Source: Schmidtea polychroa (lineage: Eukaryota). Taken from it: a stretch of 64,000 nt of DNA. Both the position numbers and the translations under genes were made by a program. Positions 61,097-64,000 of the stretch are shown here, piece by piece; within the stretch, counting starts at the first letter, position 1, and each line of letters starts with the position of its first letter. The stretch lies in the NCBI GenBank assembly GCA_044892525.1, contig CM097887.1:87584397-87648396 (forward strand), written 5' to 3'. The notes under the pieces were generated by a model. The model was not told where the DNA came from. It searched no databases and saw only the letters and a program-made list of their open reading frames with translations.

Positions 61097-64000
61097 CAGT
61101 GACCGCGGAACATTTTTTGAGCTGGGGGGGGGGCTAATATCAGCAAGTCGTAAAGTTCGATAGACCTCTATCTAGAGAAGAGGAAGGGCAATTGTAGAAA
61201 CCACCGCTGTTTGTATTTTATGGATCGTTTTTTGGCCAAACCTTTTTTAAATGATGGACATTTTTAATCTTTCATCCGCCCCAAACAAAAATCTCCACGC
61301 GATGACCCTAGCTAATAGTTTTTACAGTGTTACTTTACTATGAGTTTCTATTTATTCCCATATCAGTTAAGTCAATAAAACTCCAATAGGCTATATTAGG
61401 TGATGCACAATGACAAGAAAGTTAACATCTCTTAAAGTCATTTTTAGAAAAAGTTCCGAACTTTACTTTCCGACGTTCATTTCTTGAGACGAATTCGTTG
61501 GCCACTGTTAGAAGACAGAGCTCGTCATTTTTTTCTTTGTGTATGTTCAGTACTGCGATACTATTAAATCTCTCTTGCGTCATTGAAGCACGGAGCCATG
61601 TTTTCAGACGCCTCGCTGCAGAAAACGATCTTTCACTTGATGCACTAGTCGCTGGATTAACGCTTATCAGTTTACATATAGTGACAACACCTTCAACAAG
61701 TAGTTTCTCTGTTAATGAAAAAGTGCGCACTTTTTCACATATGCCGTTGAAGCACTTGATTTGTGAATGTTCTTGGCACAAAGTTGAGAAAGCATGTAGT
61801 TGGGCTTGCAATGAATTAATATCAAGGTCAGAAGAATAAGTTTCACTGACAAATTTGAATTCAGCGTTAGTGTTCTCCTTCTTTAAAGATTTGAGTAAAA
61901 GCGACTCCAGTTTCATATATGTGATAAAGCTCTCCTGCTGAAATCGTTGATCAATAGCTGCAATGATTAAATCAAATGCCTCAAAGTAAATACTTCGATA
62001 ATGGTCTTCTGGGTTAGATGGAAATGACGATGTTCCACTGCCAATTTGATATCTAGCAGGCACATTTTTCCGACGTGGAAGTGTTGGTACAGAGATATCT
62101 GGCTGCAACTTTTGTTGGTGGAGTACTTCTGTGTAAAAATTTACAAAAATCTCATCGTTTCGCTTACTCTGCAGTGTCTTCTTAACCACTTCAGCAAGAT
62201 GCTGTCCTTCTGTTGCTGACACCTTTGTCTTCTGCAGAGCTTTTGCAAGGTTGTCTGTATGACGAAATATGTTTTCGGCTAAATGTAATCCAAAAAAGAA
62301 GTCAAAATTTTGCATTTGCGCTTGAACGCCAATAATTCTGCACCGCACATCGGATTGCAACTTCATGGATAAGCAGATATCCCATTCTTGAAAGAGCGCT
62401 GAATAGTTGTCTAATATACGCTGACAGCATGTGGATCGAATTGTCCATCTGGTTGGACAGAACATAATGATTCCATAACTATCTGACTCTTCACCTTCAA
62501 TATTGTCTTTTATTTCACCCAGAAGATTTTCACGGAAAGGAGAATATTTTATAAGCGTCACAATTTCTTTGGCTGTATCCAATGTATCTGATACGAGTTT
62601 GCATTTAGATATCATGTCCTTCACACCCAGACTTAAAGAATGCCCATGGCAATGTGTGACGAATGCATTTGGTTGAATGCTCTGTATCTTTTTTGCAACA
62701 CCAGTCTTACAGCCCATCATGTTGGCAGCTCCATCATAGCACTGTCCTCTGCAGTTATTTAAAGGTAGCTGTAATCTTAGTAGGATGTCGTTGATTGCAG
62801 AAAAGATTGTTTCTGCCTTAATATCATGCAGGTGATAGAATCCAATGAAGTCCTCCTTAATATTCACATCTTCATCAACCCATCGTAGACAGAGAGACAA
62901 TTGTTCTTTATTAGAGATGTCGGTATATTCGTCACATATAAGCGCATAATGCTTCACATGGTTGATTTTTGAAACAATTGTGCGAATTATTTGTTGTGAC
63001 ATTATGGACAAAATTTCATTCTGTATGTCGTGGCTGGTGTATTTACTCCCTCTTCGTTTAATCCATTGGGTTAGTGCCGCATCGTCTCGAGCTCTGAGTT
63101 TAATCAGCTGAAAGAAGTTTGATTCTTCATCTGTATCTCCTTGAATGGCTTGTCCTTGTCTCCCAAGGTACTGTACATTTTCAATTAGCTTTATAAGGCA
63201 TCGACGATTATCCTCCCGATCTTTCTTCATACTCTCTGAGAACATTTCCATAATGGGACGATGTGTGCTTGGAATTGTTACTTCAAAATTTATGGCAGTT
63301 TTATGACATTCAGATAACTGATGTTCTCGAAATCGCATTGTAGCCTTCTTCCAATTTGAAAATCCGTCAGAAATGAATGCATTTTCTTTATTTCTAGCTG
63401 AATCCAAGTTCATAAGTGAATTTTGTTTCTTGCACATGAAACAGACAACAGTATCACTTTCAATCCGATAGTGTAACCACGGGAACTCACGAAACCAACA
63501 GCTCTGAAATGACCGATTCTGCTTTCCAAAATTTCTTTTCGGAAATTCAATATTCATTGGTTGGAATAATTCCATGTTGGGTTGTTGAGTAGTACTGGTT
63601 AATTCAATAAGTTTATTGCTTTTCTCAGGATGATTTCTTTCTGAACATGGATGAGAACTTGGTACTATTTCTTTTTCAATAACTTCTTGTGGTAACGTTA
63701 TCATATGACTTTCCTGTTAATCTCCACAGTGCTGGTTGTTTGAAGCGGAGTAAATTTGGAAACAAAAATATCGAGTGTGGACTGCCTTCTTTTCTTGGGA
63801 GGAGGATCTGTAAAGATAAAATAGTTATGTTTGAACATTTATAAAATATGAATTCTAATTCCTAATAATATGTCAAAATTTATATTATTACTTCCTTTTT
63901 GTTTCGGTTTTACGCTAAAAAGTATATGGTAGGATAGCAGGCGTACAAACTTACGTAGACTTGTCCTGGGAGCAGTCGAGGCACGAATCAAACAAGTAAT
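61097..64000 (-). mobile_element. Near-intact hAT DNA transposon (ZMYM1/Tip100/PRKRIR-like group), continues beyond the window
   Basis: Terminal CAGTGACCGCGGAAC followed by a G-run at 61097; contains the 760-aa transposase ORF; the other end and TSD lie outside the window. Confidence 0.85.
61422..63704 (-). CDS. hAT transposase, 760 aa (TTF-type zinc finger, DUF4371-like core, hAT dimerisation domain)
   Basis: RSFQSCWFREFPWLHY...VCFMC; catalytic DEYTD, QCYDGAANM, CHGH (CxxH), PTRW and PATSASSERSFS all intact. Likely upstream exon via a GTAAGT...TACAG intron at 63808-63954. Confidence 0.92.
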   Translation of the reverse strand: MITLPQEVIEKEIVPSSHPCSERNHPEKSNKLIELTSTTQQPNMELFQPMNIEFPKRNFGKQNRSFQSCWFREFPWLHYRIESDTVVCFMCKKQNSLMNLDSARNKENAFISDGFSNWKKATMRFREHQLSECHKTAINFEVTIPSTHRPIMEMFSESMKKDREDNRRCLIKLIENVQYLGRQGQAIQGDTDEESNFFQLIKLRARDDAALTQWIKRRGSKYTSHDIQNEILSIMSQQIIRTIVSKINHVKHYALICDEYTDISNKEQLSLCLRWVDEDVNIKEDFIGFYHLHDIKAETIFSAINDILLRLQLPLNNCRGQCYDGAANMMGCKTGVAKKIQSIQPNAFVTHCHGHSLSLGVKDMISKCKLVSDTLDTAKEIVTLIKYSPFRENLLGEIKDNIEGEESDSYGIIMFCPTRWTIRSTCCQRILDNYSALFQEWDICLSMKLQSDVRCRIIGVQAQMQNFDFFFGLHLAENIFRHTDNLAKALQKTKVSATEGQHLAEVVKKTLQSKRNDEIFVNFYTEVLHQQKLQPDISVPTLPRRKNVPARYQIGSGTSSFPSNPEDHYRSIYFEAFDLIIAAIDQRFQQESFITYMKLESLLLKSLKKENTNAEFKFVSETYSSDLDINSLQAQLHAFSTLCQEHSQIKCFNGICEKVRTFSLTEKLLVEGVVTICKLISVNPATSASSERSFSAARRLKTWLRASMTQERFNSIAVLNIHKEKNDELCLLTVANEFVSRNERRKVKFGTFSKNDFKRC

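Noticed and set aside
47707-61839. Short antisense ORFs within SMG1 and the hAT transposase
   Set aside because: Shadow ORFs on the opposite strand of long genuine CDSs, with no motifs.

Overview
Very AT-rich eukaryotic (metazoan-type) genomic window with three scaffold gaps; standard genetic code (TAA, TAG and TGA all end genes). The first ~27 kb is a transposon graveyard with no recognisable host gene: hAT, piggyBac, Tc1 and pogo/Tc2 MITEs plus Ty3/gypsy fragments. Host genes rebuilt by hand from splice signals: DDX55 (minus, 8 exons, 629 aa), RAD17 (minus, 8 exons, 522 aa), a four-repeat ankyrin gene (plus) and SMG1 (plus, only two giant coding exons, ~3,440 aa). Most introns are 39-51 bp; most long ones carry transposons. 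A near-intact hAT transposon (ZMYM1/Tip100-like, 760-aa ORF) occupies the right end and runs out of the window. Best candidate for novelty: the ankyrin exons have no stop codon and splice in phase 0, optionally via a 15-nt microexon, onto an acceptor 12 nt upstream of the SMG1 ORF. This predicts an ankyrin-SMG1 fusion kinase or a co-transcribed/trans-spliced pair. Also notable: RAD17 lacks Walker B acidic residues and DDX55 lacks the motif Ia/Ib arginines. Tiny introns plus divergent proteins suggest a genome-reduced animal (e.g. orthonectid, dicyemid or myxozoan); that is inference only. No searches or computations were run; all homology calls are by eye.
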